Of a DNA stretch of 64,000 nucleotides, positions 8,971 to 19,577 are shown piece after piece; the stretch's first letter is position 1; each line of letters starts with the position of its first letter. The stretch comes from an uncultured Poribacteria bacterium. Lineage in GTDB: Bacteria > Poribacteria > WGA-4E > WGA-3G. The translations under genes were made by a program, and so were the position numbers. The stretch is taken from NCBI GenBank assembly GCA_958296135.2, contig CATQHZ020000001.1, forward strand, positions 832,001-896,000. Reading direction: 5' to 3'. Under the pieces are notes generated by a model. That model did not search any database. It was given only the letters and a program-made list of their open reading frames with translations, and was not told the origin of the DNA.

Positions 8971-10551
8971 TTAATGCCGGAAATGCCGCACGCCTGTAAG
9001 CACCATCGCCATGCCGTAAGCGTCAGCTGTCTCGATTACCGGTTCATCATTGACGGAGCCGCCGGGTTGAATGATGGCAGAGATACCCGCTTCACCCGCG
9101 ATTTCAACCCCATCGGGGAACGGGAAATAGGCATCTGATGCGAGGACTGCGCCCTCCGCCTTCTCACCCGCTTTGCGGACAGCGATGATGGCCGAATCCA
9201 CCCGACTCATCTGCCCGGCACCGATGCCGACAGTTTGTGTGCCTCGCGCTAGCAGAATGCAGTTGGATTTGACGTGTTTGCATGCCTGCCACGCGAAAAG
9301 TAAAGATTCTACCTCGGCATCGGTAGGCGCGCGCTTCGTTACGACTTGTAGCGCATCAGCCTGCATCTCGTGGGCATCCGGTGTCTGAACCAGCACCCCA
9401 CCCGTAACGTTCCGAATCTGCAAAACAGAGTCTGTCTGGTGTAACGCGCCTGTCTCCAGAATCGGGCGGCGTTTGACGCGCGAGAGCGCGCGCAGTGCCT
9501 TTTCGGTATAGCTTGGCGCGATAATCGCGTCGATTTTAACGCCTGCGTTTGCCGCTTCGCGGATAGTGTTCGCTGTCTGAATTGTCATCCTGCGATTTAG
9601 GCCGACAACGGAGCCGAACGCCGAAACCCTGTCGCATTCCAACGCGTTCGTGAACGCTGCCTGCAGGTTTTCAGCAGTGGCGAGCCCGCATGGGTTGTTA
9701 TGTTTGATAATCGCGCACGCCGGTTGCGCGAAATCCTTGACTATCTCCAGCGCGGCCGCTAAATCGAGGATGTTATTGAAAGATAGCGGTTGTCCACTGA
9801 GCTGCTTTGCCCATGCGGCACACGGTTCCGGTGCGTTCTCGGTGCGATAGAAGGCGGCGCGTTGGTGCGGGTTTTCGCCATAGCGGAGCGTGCTTGCCTT
9901 TTTGAAACGGAGCGTGAGCGTCTCCCCGAATTCCTCTGAGGTAGGCGTGCTTTCCAAGCGCGCTATGTCAGTAAGATACGCAGCAATCGCGCCATCATAA
10001 TGCGCGGTGTGGGCAAACGCGGCTTTCCCCAGGTCGAACCGTGTCGCCTCTGACAGGCATCCATCGTTCGCGGCGAGTTCAGAGATAACGCGCGGATATT
10101 GGCTGACATCAGTGAGGACAGCGACGTGCCGATAATTCTTCGCTGCGGCGCGAATTATCGTCGGGCCGCCGATGTCAATATTTTCAATCGCTTCGGCGAG
10201 TGTGACATCCTGTCTTGCCACGGTTGCCTCAAACGGATAGAGGTTGGATATCACCAAATCGATGGAAGTGATGCCGTGTGCTGCCGCTTGCGTGCTGTGT
10301 TCCGGATTATCCCATTCCGTGAGGAGCCCGCCGTGGATTTTCGGGTGGAGCGTCTTGACTCTGCCATCGAACAACTCCGGAAACCCTGTGTAGTCAGAGA
10401 CATCAATGATGTCAATGCCTGCTTCGCGGAGGTGTCGCGCCGTGCCGCCGGTGGACAACATTTCCACCCCGCGCTCGGCGAGGACGTTTGCTATCTCTAA
10501 AAGGTTGGTTTTGTCATAAACGCTCATTAAAGCGCGTTCGATTTTCTTCAT
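8971..10551 (-). CDS. purH: Bifunctional AICAR transformylase/IMP cyclohydrolase
   Basis: GRVKTLHP, ENIDIGGPT, RYGENPHQ, KHVKSN, GAGQMSRVDS, SDAYFPF, RHFRH. Confidence 0.97.
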   Translation of the reverse strand: MKKIERALMSVYDKTNLLEIANVLAERGVEMLSTGGTARHLREAGIDIIDVSDYTGFPELFDGRVKTLHPKIHGGLLTEWDNPEHSTQAAAHGITSIDLVISNLYPFEATVARQDVTLAEAIENIDIGGPTIIRAAAKNYRHVAVLTDVSQYPRVISELAANDGCLSEATRFDLGKAAFAHTAHYDGAIAAYLTDIARLESTPTSEEFGETLTLRFKKASTLRYGENPHQRAAFYRTENAPEPCAAWAKQLSGQPLSFNNILDLAAALEIVKDFAQPACAIIKHNNPCGLATAENLQAAFTNALECDRVSAFGSVVGLNRRMTIQTANTIREAANAGVKIDAIIAPSYTEKALRALSRVKRRPILETGALHQTDSVLQIRNVTGGVLVQTPDAHEMQADALQVVTKRAPTDAEVESLLFAWQACKHVKSNCILLARGTQTVGIGAGQMSRVDSAIIAVRKAGEKAEGAVLASDAYFPFPDGVEIAGEAGISAIIQPGGSVNDEPVIETADAYGMAMVLTGVRHFRH

Positions 10552-10644
10552 GTTTTTTGTAGGAGTGTAGGTATGGTTAAGTTCGTTAGGACTTACGTCA
10601 ACCTAGCGATGGGAACGGGCGGAGATAGACATCCGCTCGGACAA

Positions 10645-11970
10645 TCAGCTGACATATCGCGGGAAGCCAAACCCGTCATTCGCGACGTGACTGCGCGCGG
10701 GTATCTGCGAACGGTTCGGAATAATTAGATCCATTTCTGACGTATTTTCAATAATCGTGCCGTCACCGATGCGCACGCCATCGCCGATATAAATCTTACC
10801 GGGATGCTCGGAGGCACCGCGGATAGTGCCGATGACAACTGACGAGCCGATGCGGCACTGCTCCTCAATCTCAACAAACCCGTAAATCTCAGTGTTTGTG
10901 CCGACAGTGGAATGTGCTGCAATTTGCACCGGCCCGAGGAGGCTGGTGTCCGTGCCGATCTCAACGAAATTGCTGATGACAGGGTGCCGTTGCTTCACTT
11001 TGACGCTCAAGCCGCCGAGTGTGCATGGATAAATCACGCACCCTGAGCCGATGATGCCGGTTTGCCCTGTTGTCACCCCACGATGCGGATGCTCCAGGAG
11101 ATTGGCATCGCCTATTTGGGTTTCCGGGTGAAGGTCTGCCTGATAGTAACGTCCGCCGAGTTCCGAAATAGCGCGCGGTAACAGTGGCACTGGCACTCGG
11201 TGAATATCCGAGTTGTCCGCAGCGGGCCCGCTGCGCGTCAAAGCGTGCGCTACATCGTGGTAAAATAACACGCGCCAGCCGGGGTAAGTGCTGATGACGA
11301 GTTGCAACTGGTAGTTCAAGATTTTTTTTGCCAAATCGTCGGCGAGATTCAGCGTGGCGAGGTAATCTTGGTACGGTTCAAAGGTGCGTTCCTGAATCGC
11401 TTCATCAATTTTCGCGCGAAAGTTGAGCGCGGCCAGTTTTTCACGAGAGATTCCGGTGTGGAGAAGATAGGCATCCCAGACGGCCGGGTCCTTCAGGGAA
11501 GCGAATCGGTTCCACAGTGCGCGGCTTTTTAACCGCGGCAGCTCCCAGAGCAGTGAGAACGCAGTCTCCAGCGCGACACTGAGGTGCGTTTCGTCGGCGA
11601 CTGCTAAAAAAGATTGCGCTACCATGGCGTAAAGCTGGTCTGCTACTTCTTCGATAGCTGCCTCGAATTTCTGCTTTTGGTGATGCGGGTGCGGCGCGTT
11701 ATGCGAGCCGGGTGCGATGCACTCGAGCAAATTTCCAAGCACTGTCTCAAGAATATCGCGATTCACAAACCCGCGCCCGGAACGTTGTGACAACACCTCG
11801 CGGCTCGTGCTGTCGATGCGCAAGACGTTCAACTCTGCCTGACTATAGATGGGGCGGAGCCGCTCCAACGTATCGGAGAGCAGCGGGTGCTTTCGGCGTT
11901 CGTAAGCTGCATCAAAAAGCGTTGTTTTTTCTGTATTCCCCAAAGGGAGTGACAGCATCGATTTATGCAT
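10645..11970 (-). CDS. Serine-O-acetyltransferase-like hexapeptide-repeat protein with long N-terminal extension
   Basis: C-terminal DLHPETQIG...TLGG...RHPVI..V.IG....LGPVQI pattern typical of CysE beta-helix; N-terminal half unassigned. Confidence 0.6.
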   Translation of the reverse strand: MHKSMLSLPLGNTEKTTLFDAAYERRKHPLLSDTLERLRPIYSQAELNVLRIDSTSREVLSQRSGRGFVNRDILETVLGNLLECIAPGSHNAPHPHHQKQKFEAAIEEVADQLYAMVAQSFLAVADETHLSVALETAFSLLWELPRLKSRALWNRFASLKDPAVWDAYLLHTGISREKLAALNFRAKIDEAIQERTFEPYQDYLATLNLADDLAKKILNYQLQLVISTYPGWRVLFYHDVAHALTRSGPAADNSDIHRVPVPLLPRAISELGGRYYQADLHPETQIGDANLLEHPHRGVTTGQTGIIGSGCVIYPCTLGGLSVKVKQRHPVISNFVEIGTDTSLLGPVQIAAHSTVGTNTEIYGFVEIEEQCRIGSSVVIGTIRGASEHPGKIYIGDGVRIGDGTIIENTSEMDLIIPNRSQIPARSHVANDGFGFPRYVS

Positions 11971-12092
11971 TTTTTTTCGTATGGCCTGGCGGTGGTTGAA
12001 GGTTTTGACGCGTGGGCACTTTTCGGTTCAGGCCATCTTGACGTTGTCAAGACTTGCGTCCTCTTGCCTCTTTCGGCGTGGAGAAATCCTTT

Positions 12093-13244
12093 CTACCGAC
12101 TCAAAACTTCTTGGGCGGCGGCGACACCGGCACCCAGCGGCAGCTTGCATCCCACTTCTACCAAGCCTCTCTCAAACGCAGCGATGGCGACAATGACATC
12201 GTTTTCATTTATCCACCCGAGGTGCGCGATGCGGGCGATTTTTCCGCGCAATTGGCTTTGCCCGCCGGCGTAGGTAATCCCATGTTTTTCTCGCATGAGT
12301 GCGATGAACGCCTTTCCATCAACTTCTGCTGGCAAACGGATTGAAGTTAACGTATTTGCGGGGCGCGTTGCGAACGGCTGTAGTCCGAGTGCAGCGATGG
12401 CACTTCGCGTTGCTTGCGCCAAGCGCGCGTGCCGAGCAATGGTGTTCCGGATACCTTCGGCACATAAAAGATTGAGGGATGCCTGTAACGCGTGGATGAG
12501 CGTTATCGCCGGCGTGTAGGGGGTAGAACCCTCGCTACCCGCGTCGCGTGCCTTGCGGAAGTCCAGATAGTATTTCGGCAAATCGGCACGTGCGACAGCC
12601 TCCCACGCGCGAGCATTGAGAGAAGCGAAGGCGATGCCGGGCGGTGTCATCAACCCTTTTTGTGAACAGGATACGACGGCATCTACGCCCCACGTGTCCA
12701 TCTGCAAGTCATCCGCGCCGAGCGCGCTGACGGCATCGACAACTAGCAGCGTTGGACGAACCTGCGTCAATTGCGCCAATGCCTCAATGTCATGCAAGGC
12801 TCCGGTTGAGGTTTCGCAAAGCGTAGCGAAAACCGCCTTCACCTCTGGATACGCGGTGAGGTGAGATGCCACCACGGATGGCTCAACCGACTCACCCCAT
12901 GTTACATGAATCGGGATAACTTCAACGCCGTATGCGGTGCAAATATCGCTCCACCGTTCGCCGAATTTGCCGCTGCGGATGACAAGCACCTTATCGCCAC
13001 GGCATAGCAGGTTTGCAACTGCGCCTTCCATGGCACCCGTGCCGGACGTGGTGAGGCACAGCACATCGTTCTCGGTTTGGAAGACGTGCTTGAGTTTCTC
13101 TAGCACATCCTGAATTAACGCCGCGGCGGCAGGGCTTCGGTGATAGTCGATCGGTTGCGCCATCGCCAGCGACGTTTCGGGCGGAAGTGGCGTAGGACCG
13201 GGGGTAAAGAGCAGCGGCTTCTTCATATTTTTCGGGTTTAGCAT
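12093..13244 (-). CDS. Class V aminotransferase (serine-pyruvate/alanine-glyoxylate)
   Basis: LLFTPGPT, SGTGAMEG, ETSTG, VDAVS, SQKGLMTPPG (PLP lysine), RIAHLG. Confidence 0.92.
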   Translation of the reverse strand: MLNPKNMKKPLLFTPGPTPLPPETSLAMAQPIDYHRSPAAAALIQDVLEKLKHVFQTENDVLCLTTSGTGAMEGAVANLLCRGDKVLVIRSGKFGERWSDICTAYGVEVIPIHVTWGESVEPSVVASHLTAYPEVKAVFATLCETSTGALHDIEALAQLTQVRPTLLVVDAVSALGADDLQMDTWGVDAVVSCSQKGLMTPPGIAFASLNARAWEAVARADLPKYYLDFRKARDAGSEGSTPYTPAITLIHALQASLNLLCAEGIRNTIARHARLAQATRSAIAALGLQPFATRPANTLTSIRLPAEVDGKAFIALMREKHGITYAGGQSQLRGKIARIAHLGWINENDVIVAIAAFERGLVEVGCKLPLGAGVAAAQEVLSR

Positions 13245-13316
13245 TGTGAGGTTTCTGACGCAATTAAGCCACCGGACAGATCGCGTCAGAGGGCTCTGAT
13301 GCCTCCCTCCTCTTCC

Positions 13317-13532
13317 TTAGGCGGTGCCTACCGCGATGACTTTTTTGCCCTCCACTTCAACGACGATCCACTCCTGGTCTAACAGTTCGCAGAGGTGCAG
13401 AATCGCGGCGCGCTGTCCGGTGCTATCCATCGGGACTTCAATGGTGAGCGTTGCGAATTCTTCCTTCTGCACTTCGCCGTCTTTGTCAAATTTCATCGGC
13501 GTGATCTGGATTTTCTTCAATTTTGCGTCCAT
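13317..13532 (-). CDS. Small hypothetical protein (71 aa)
   Basis: GAGGAG RBS, protein-like composition; no family recognised. Confidence 0.65.
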   Translation of the reverse strand: MDAKLKKIQITPMKFDKDGEVQKEEFATLTIEVPMDSTGQRAAILHLCELLDQEWIVVEVEGKKVIAVGTA

Positions 13533-13590
13533 GTTTTTATGTTTCTCCTCAGTCTGTAAGCGCGCTTTGAAAGCGCGCCTACCGAGCCAA

Positions 13591-14613
13591 TTATCTTTCA
13601 GCCATGAAGGCTGCTACATCTACACATTCCCCAGTTCGGCGGGCAGAGTGCCATCCTGCCAAGACGGGGGCTAAAGAGAAGAGTCCGTCGTGGTAATCGC
13701 TACGGAGAAGGCTTGCATCTCCTGTCTGGACAGCGCGGATAAAAACGCTGTCTTGTTCTAACCACGGGTCAAACTCGTCTGCCTGATAGACAACTTCGTT
13801 GTTCACTTCGAGCCGCTCGTACCGGTAAATTGCGAGGTAGCCGCCTTCATAGAAGACGGTGAACCACGGTTCCGCCTTTGGGCTCTGTCCGGCGGAGACA
13901 AAGCTGAGCGTCATCGTTGCGCCGTTGTCAAAGCGGTAATTAAAACTTGATGACAAGGCGTTCGCGTATGCTGTCCGTTCACAGTAGAACGCCTGCGCTT
14001 GCGCGACGTTTAAACCTGTCATAAACCGGCTGTAATCCGTTGCATGCACGCCCCAGTCGAGGGCGCGGCCGCCGGATTTATCCATTTCTGCCCACCACGT
14101 CTGTGGCTCCTTGCTTTTAGCAGGTGGGAGTCCGCCGAAGCTCTGGAAGCGGATATGCACAATGTGCTTGTCTGCCAGAAACCGGTGTGCTTCTTGAAAA
14201 ATCGGCCGATACCGTTCACGAAACCCGACAGTGCTGATGACCCCGGTTTTCTGAATAGCGTTGTCAATTCGCTGGGCAACCTCCATGGTGAGTGCCTGCG
14301 GCTTCTCGCTGAAGAGATGAATGCCCTTTTCGGCGGCGGTGACTTCAACATCGGTGCGCACATAAGCCGGCACAATAGAGTATAGCACATCGATGGCTTC
14401 GGTGTCAAGCATTTCGTGGGCCCCACCGTTCTCGCTGTGGTAAACGCGCGGGATGCCGAAGCGCGATGCAGTTTCCTGCGCCGTCTGGGGGTTGTTATCG
14501 CACACGGCGACGATGTCAACCGAACCGAGTTGCATGAGGTTTGGGATTCGGGTTCGGTTTGCGAAGTTTCCACAGCCGTAGAAAGCGACGCGGAGGCGTG
14601 GGGTTGTTCGCAC
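13591..14613 (-). CDS. Gfo/Idh/MocA family oxidoreductase
   Basis: YGCGNFA, HLFSEKP, VGFRERY, DWGVHATD; AGGAGG RBS. Confidence 0.9.
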   Translation of the reverse strand: MRTTPRLRVAFYGCGNFANRTRIPNLMQLGSVDIVAVCDNNPQTAQETASRFGIPRVYHSENGGAHEMLDTEAIDVLYSIVPAYVRTDVEVTAAEKGIHLFSEKPQALTMEVAQRIDNAIQKTGVISTVGFRERYRPIFQEAHRFLADKHIVHIRFQSFGGLPPAKSKEPQTWWAEMDKSGGRALDWGVHATDYSRFMTGLNVAQAQAFYCERTAYANALSSSFNYRFDNGATMTLSFVSAGQSPKAEPWFTVFYEGGYLAIYRYERLEVNNEVVYQADEFDPWLEQDSVFIRAVQTGDASLLRSDYHDGLFSLAPVLAGWHSARRTGECVDVAAFMAER

Positions 14614-14836
14614 TGTAAACGTCCTCCTTTTTCGATGTGTCTATAGGATACCACGATTTTCGATTAAATTGCAAATCCAATGCCGTTAACCCCAGAACGA
14701 TTCAGTTCGCCTTTTCTGTTGTCTGCGCTCGCCAGATTGCAAACGGGTCAAGATCAGGTGAAGATTAAAGAAATAAACGGCTAATTTTTCTCCGGCGGGT
14801 GCGCTGGCGGCAGCGTTTTCGCTGCAGTCCGGTCCG

Positions 14837-15730
14837 CTAACCATTGCGCCAAGGTGGCACATCCCACGTGTTGAACCATTCCCACTTCCAGATAACTTGT
14901 TTCTCTGGCATCTGCACCTCGTATTCTATGCCGGCGGTGAAAGGCAGCAGGCGCGTTCTATCACCGACGATATCACGCATCGACTCAATAAACGCCATGG
15001 TATCGGTGACATTGGGGGGCCAGTGTCCGGCAGGAATCGGGTCGGCGTGCCGGTCGGTGCGGTAATGCGTCGGTATCATGAAACGGGGTTGGATGAGTGC
15101 CAGCAGCTCTATCAGCCGATGTGAAAGTCCCTCCCCGATGCCGGTTTTCATGTGAATTAGAAAATCGACTTTGCCGCGGAGATTTGCTAGCGCGGGGTAA
15201 GGTTCATGCAAATCGCCGGTGTGTAATATAGATATATTCTTTGGGACATGCGTTATCAGATAGCCGTTTGTTGGCAGTTGCGGACTCTGATTTTCGCCGC
15301 TTTCGATCGTCTCAACTTGAATTACGCCGAGGTCTGCCGTTGTTCTTCCGGGAAATTGGCGCGATGCGCCTTGCGTCGCGTTGAGATATTCGGGATAAAG
15401 CACTTCTACCTTATCGGCGGGGACGTGCTTGGTAATCGGCAGGTCGCGTTCAAAAGCGGCATCTCCGTATTTCTCATCAATCGGTTCCGCGGGCGTGATA
15501 CAGCCGATATTGACAAATAGTTTTTTGAAACGCGCGCCGCGGCACAGCTGACGCAGAGTTTCGGGGTGACAGTGGTCGAAGTGTTCGTGGGAGATGAAGA
15601 TGTAGTCGTATATGGGTTGGGCATCGGCGAGGTTCTGATTGAACAGGTACGGGTCGAACGCGATGTTGATATCCCCGAGGCGTGCGTCAAACGCGCCGCA
15701 TCCCCACCATCTGAAAAAGAGATTGTCCAT
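14837..15730 (-). CDS. Metallo-beta-lactamase-fold hydrolase
   Basis: FDPY, SHEHFDH, HTGD, IPTHY motifs; GGAGG RBS before ATG 15730. Confidence 0.88.
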   Translation of the reverse strand: MDNLFFRWWGCGAFDARLGDINIAFDPYLFNQNLADAQPIYDYIFISHEHFDHCHPETLRQLCRGARFKKLFVNIGCITPAEPIDEKYGDAAFERDLPITKHVPADKVEVLYPEYLNATQGASRQFPGRTTADLGVIQVETIESGENQSPQLPTNGYLITHVPKNISILHTGDLHEPYPALANLRGKVDFLIHMKTGIGEGLSHRLIELLALIQPRFMIPTHYRTDRHADPIPAGHWPPNVTDTMAFIESMRDIVGDRTRLLPFTAGIEYEVQMPEKQVIWKWEWFNTWDVPPWRNG

Positions 15731-15800
15731 GATGAATCCTCCCACACCGTAGAGCGGGAGCTGATGCTCCCATCCTACGGTAGGTGAGTAGGAAAATGCG

Positions 15801-16502
15801 TTATTTCGCCTTGAGCGCGCCCCACGTTGTCGCCAGTTTGTTTTGCGGCTCAACTGCGGTTTGCGGGTCTGTCTCGTTCGGATTGAATTCGACATCTGTT
15901 GTGGCGAAAATTTTGTCGATGTAGGTGCCATCTTCGCGGTGGACGATATGGAACGTATGTTCGCCATCCGCTAATTCAACTGGGACCGGGTCATCGCCGT
16001 GTTGGACGAGCTCGGTGCCTTCAAAAGGGCCGTCGCGCGTATTCAACCGGAACCAGACCCACTCGGTAGTATAGTTCACCCGGAGTGCCTCTTGTTCAAA
16101 GAAATCCCAGATGTTCATGGTAGCGTTGTTGTTTGAGACAGCGTCGCCATCGGCGATGTCAAACGCCCAGTACATGGAATTATCGGCGACGGAGGGAGCG
16201 ATGATGCGTCCCCAGAAGTGCCAATTGTCGGCTTCCACCGAGAATTCATATTTCACCCAGGCATCTCCATCGTTACCGATGCCGTTAGCGGAGCCGATGA
16301 AGGCACCGCCGGATGCTTCGGCGACGGTGTAGTCATCAATGCCTTCGGCGGCGTTCCCCGCCTGGTCTGACGGTGCCTTGAATACCTCGAATTTGTCGCC
16401 GTTTGAGGCATCAAAGTTCTCTGCTTCCCAGCTGATGTATTTCTGGGCGAACACCGGCGAGGCGATGAGGCAAAATAGTGCCAATAAAACAATAGTTCGC
16501 AT
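15801..16502 (-). CDS. Secreted beta-sandwich (carbohydrate-binding-like) protein with TTWG tail
   Basis: Signal peptide, WEAEN...REDGTYIDKI pattern, C-terminus AVEPQNKLATTWGALKAK. Confidence 0.75.
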   Translation of the reverse strand: MRTIVLLALFCLIASPVFAQKYISWEAENFDASNGDKFEVFKAPSDQAGNAAEGIDDYTVAEASGGAFIGSANGIGNDGDAWVKYEFSVEADNWHFWGRIIAPSVADNSMYWAFDIADGDAVSNNNATMNIWDFFEQEALRVNYTTEWVWFRLNTRDGPFEGTELVQHGDDPVPVELADGEHTFHIVHREDGTYIDKIFATTDVEFNPNETDPQTAVEPQNKLATTWGALKAK

Positions 16503-16881
16503 AAACAAACCTCCTTATACTCAACTCACTTCTGTAGTTCGGGTTTGCAACCCTCCGATGCTAGTGACATCCGGAGCCCGAACAGGTTTAGAACGTGCAG
16601 ATTATTCCGCATTAGCACAGATTCGTGCGTATTTCTGCTACCTGCAACGAGCCCTACAGAGGGAGACAATTGAACGTAATTTAGATTAAGAATTATTATA
16701 GCAAAATCCACAAAAAGATGCAAATTAAAAAACCCTTGCGAAATCTGCAGGTGCATGCTACAATTATCATATAAGACTTACGTAGAACAAACCCGGTAGG
16801 CGTGGTTTGAGACCGCGGCTACCAGTGGCGGATTTAAATCCTGTCATAGACAACATTCTGCCCACGAAAGGTAAACCATAG

Positions 16882-17673
16882 GTGGCTATCAACACACATT
16901 CGTTTCCTGCCTATATCGCCTTGTTTAAGGTGACACTCCGCCAGATGTTTTGGAGTCGGCGCACGATGCTGATTCTGCTTGGGTGCGTGCTGACGCTGGT
17001 TGTCGCGCTCGTGTTTCGGTTCATGGCGCGCGGTGCGGGGAGCGTGAACCGCTTTATTCCAGAGATGACGCTGGGGTTATACGGACTTTTGACGAACTTG
17101 TGCTCCATTTTCTACGGGACGGCGATTATCTCCGATGAGATTGAGGGAAAAGGGCTCACCTATCTCCAAATGCGGCCGCTCCGCAAGTCGGCCGTGCTGC
17201 TGAGCAAGTTTGCCGCCTATCTCGTTGGCACGGTTGCGCTTATCGCATCATCGCATTTGATACTGACGTGCATTGTAGTTACGCATTCAAAGCTGCAAAA
17301 CGGTATTTTTTTCCATATCGGCATGAGTTTCCTCTATTCTGCCGCGCTGGGGTTAGGTTTGCTTACCTACGGTGCGCTCGCCGCGGTCTTGGCGGTGCGG
17401 TTTAAACACCCGGTGCTGTGGGGGTTGCTGTTCGTCTTGGGATGGGAAAATCTGACAATCCAACCGATGATGCCGATGGGTATCAAACGGCTCTCTATGG
17501 CGCATTATCTCTTGCGGCTCTACCCCGATTACAAGCTGTCGCCGGAGTTAATTGCCCTGCGCGGGAACGAACCGCCATCGGTGTGGGTGGCGTTTCTAGT
17601 TGTCTGCGTGCTGACGGTAGGCTTGCTATGGCTGGCGAGCCGCATTTTCCGGGAGCGCGAGTATTTGATGTGA
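16882..17673 (+). CDS. ABC-2 type transporter permease
   Basis: About 6 TM segments; ISDEIEGKGLTYLQMRPL..SAVLLSKF motif; no ATPase partner adjacent. Confidence 0.8.
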   Translation: MAINTHSFPAYIALFKVTLRQMFWSRRTMLILLGCVLTLVVALVFRFMARGAGSVNRFIPEMTLGLYGLLTNLCSIFYGTAIISDEIEGKGLTYLQMRPLRKSAVLLSKFAAYLVGTVALIASSHLILTCIVVTHSKLQNGIFFHIGMSFLYSAALGLGLLTYGALAAVLAVRFKHPVLWGLLFVLGWENLTIQPMMPMGIKRLSMAHYLLRLYPDYKLSPELIALRGNEPPSVWVAFLVVCVLTVGLLWLASRIFREREYLM

Positions 17674-17731
17674 AGAACGTTAGAAGCAAAAGTGGTGTGT
17701 TGGCTGCGCGCCTACAAACGGAGGGATAAAA

Positions 17732-18193
17732 ATGAAAATCATTGTTGTTTTGCTGATAGGGTTGTTTTTGGTAACCTCGCCGGCGTTTGGCGCGCTCACG
17801 GCGGAAGATTTGCAAGCGGTGGAGCGGCTCCTGCAACCGATAATCAACGAGCTCAGCCAGGTGAAGAGGGAACTCAGGGAACTGAAGGCTGATGTTATGG
17901 CTTTGCAGCGTGAAGTCGGCGAGCTGAAGGGCGAGGTGCGCGGGCAGGGGGCCCGGATAACCGACCAGGGTGCTCAAATGCGGGCGCAGACGAATGCGCT
18001 GCTGGTTGTGGCAGGGCTGCTGGTAATGGTGCTGCTGTGGATGCTCAAGCAGCAGTGGGATGCCCGGCGTGAAGACCAGGAGAAAAACGCTGCACTGCAA
18101 GCGGAGGTTGCTCAGTTGCAGGCGGAGAACGAACGCCTCAGACCACGGATTGTGACGGAGCGGGGTAACCCTGCCACAGGGAACGCGCCCTAA
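17732..18193 (+). CDS. Secreted/membrane coiled-coil protein
   Basis: Signal peptide (AFG-ALT), heptad repeats, one TM segment, second coiled coil; GGAGG RBS. Confidence 0.7.
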   Translation: MKIIVVLLIGLFLVTSPAFGALTAEDLQAVERLLQPIINELSQVKRELRELKADVMALQREVGELKGEVRGQGARITDQGAQMRAQTNALLVVAGLLVMVLLWMLKQQWDARREDQEKNAALQAEVAQLQAENERLRPRIVTERGNPATGNAP

Positions 18194-18252
18194 CGAGAGA
18201 TGGAAAACAGATTCGACTCCTCCCTACGGGAAGGGGATACGGTACCGGCATG

Positions 18253-19467
18253 TCACGCCGAAAGAACGCGCGCTGTCTCCCGCGCGACGATAATCTCCTC
18301 ATTCGTCGAGACGACGAGAATCTTGGCGCGGCTATCCCTCTCGGAAATATCCGCTTCGCCAGTCGCCTGCCGGTTTTTCTCTGCGTCCAACCGAATCCCG
18401 CACCATTCCAGTCCCTCGCAGATTTTTGCGCGCGTTGTCGCGCTCTTCTCCCCGATGCCGCCGGCAAAAGCGATGACATCCACGCCGCCGAGCGCGGCGA
18501 TATACGCGCCGATATATTTTTTCACGCCGTAGACGTAAGTTTCTAGTGCGAGTCGCGCATTGTCATTGCCCGCCTGCATCGCCGTCTCCACATCGCGCAT
18601 ATCGCCGCTGGTGCCGGAGATGCCTTTCATCCCCGATTCTTCAATCAGCTGCCGACGAATTTCGTCGGTAGACACCCCCTCTTTGTCCATCAGATACAGC
18701 ACGGCGAACGTGTCCAACTCGCCGCAGCGGGTGGACTGGATCATCCCGTATTGCGTAGAAGTGCCCATGGATGTATCTATAGATTTTCCGTTCTTGATGG
18801 CACAGAGTGACGAGCTCCCGCCAAGGTGACAGGAGATAATCCTGTGGGTGCGCCCTCCCGGTTGCGATTCATCTCCCGATTGCGCCATCATTTCTGGCAC
18901 GCGTTCAGCAATATAACGATGCGAGGCACCGTGGTATCCGTATCGGCGGATATCGTGCTGTTCCACCCAAAAGCGCGGCACGCCGAATTCGGCGGCATAA
19001 TCCGGGATAGTTTGATGGAACCATGTCTCGAAAACAGCGACAAGCGGCATCGTCGGGAGCAGTTCCTGAAAGGCCCGAATCGAGGCGATATAGGCGGGGT
19101 TGTGCATCGGTGCGAGCGGCGTGGAGGCCTCTAGTGCCGCGATGACATTTTCGGTTATCCGCGCTGAACGCCAATAGCCTTTCGCGAGAATCGTTTTGAA
19201 TCCGACACCGTCCAATTCGCTCAGGGCTGCCATGCAGCCGACTTCCTTATCGGTGATGAGATTGATAGCGTGTGCGATGGCATGGGTATGCGTCGGCGCG
19301 TCGATTTCACCTTCGCGTGGCGGTTTGCCTGGCACGGCGTGCGTAAACGCCGATGGCGAATTCCCAATCCGTTCCACACCGCCCTTGACGAGTGAGGTTT
19401 CGGTTGTCATATCAATGATTTGGTATTTGAACGAGGTGCTACCTACGTTCGCACAAAGAATGCGCAT
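18253..19467 (-). CDS. ackA: Acetate kinase
   Basis: ILCANVGSTSFKYQ, LAPMHNP, RRYGYHGASH, CHLGGSSS, GGIGE, TNEE; some residues diverge from canonical AckA. Confidence 0.9.
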   Translation of the reverse strand: MRILCANVGSTSFKYQIIDMTTETSLVKGGVERIGNSPSAFTHAVPGKPPREGEIDAPTHTHAIAHAINLITDKEVGCMAALSELDGVGFKTILAKGYWRSARITENVIAALEASTPLAPMHNPAYIASIRAFQELLPTMPLVAVFETWFHQTIPDYAAEFGVPRFWVEQHDIRRYGYHGASHRYIAERVPEMMAQSGDESQPGGRTHRIISCHLGGSSSLCAIKNGKSIDTSMGTSTQYGMIQSTRCGELDTFAVLYLMDKEGVSTDEIRRQLIEESGMKGISGTSGDMRDVETAMQAGNDNARLALETYVYGVKKYIGAYIAALGGVDVIAFAGGIGEKSATTRAKICEGLEWCGIRLDAEKNRQATGEADISERDSRAKILVVSTNEEIIVARETARVLSA

Positions 19468-19577
19468 GGTGTTTTTTCTCCGTTGTAAATGGGGATATAA
19501 TAGCATATTTAGGGGAACGCGGTCAAGTCAGTAATATGGGGTGCCCGAGGCGTGGCGCGGGAGCGGGGGCTGCCGTG

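Noticed and set aside
17495-18100. Long antisense ORFs (also 31328-31873, 53588-54364, 56473-57159)
   Set aside because: Shadows of well-supported genes on the opposite strand.
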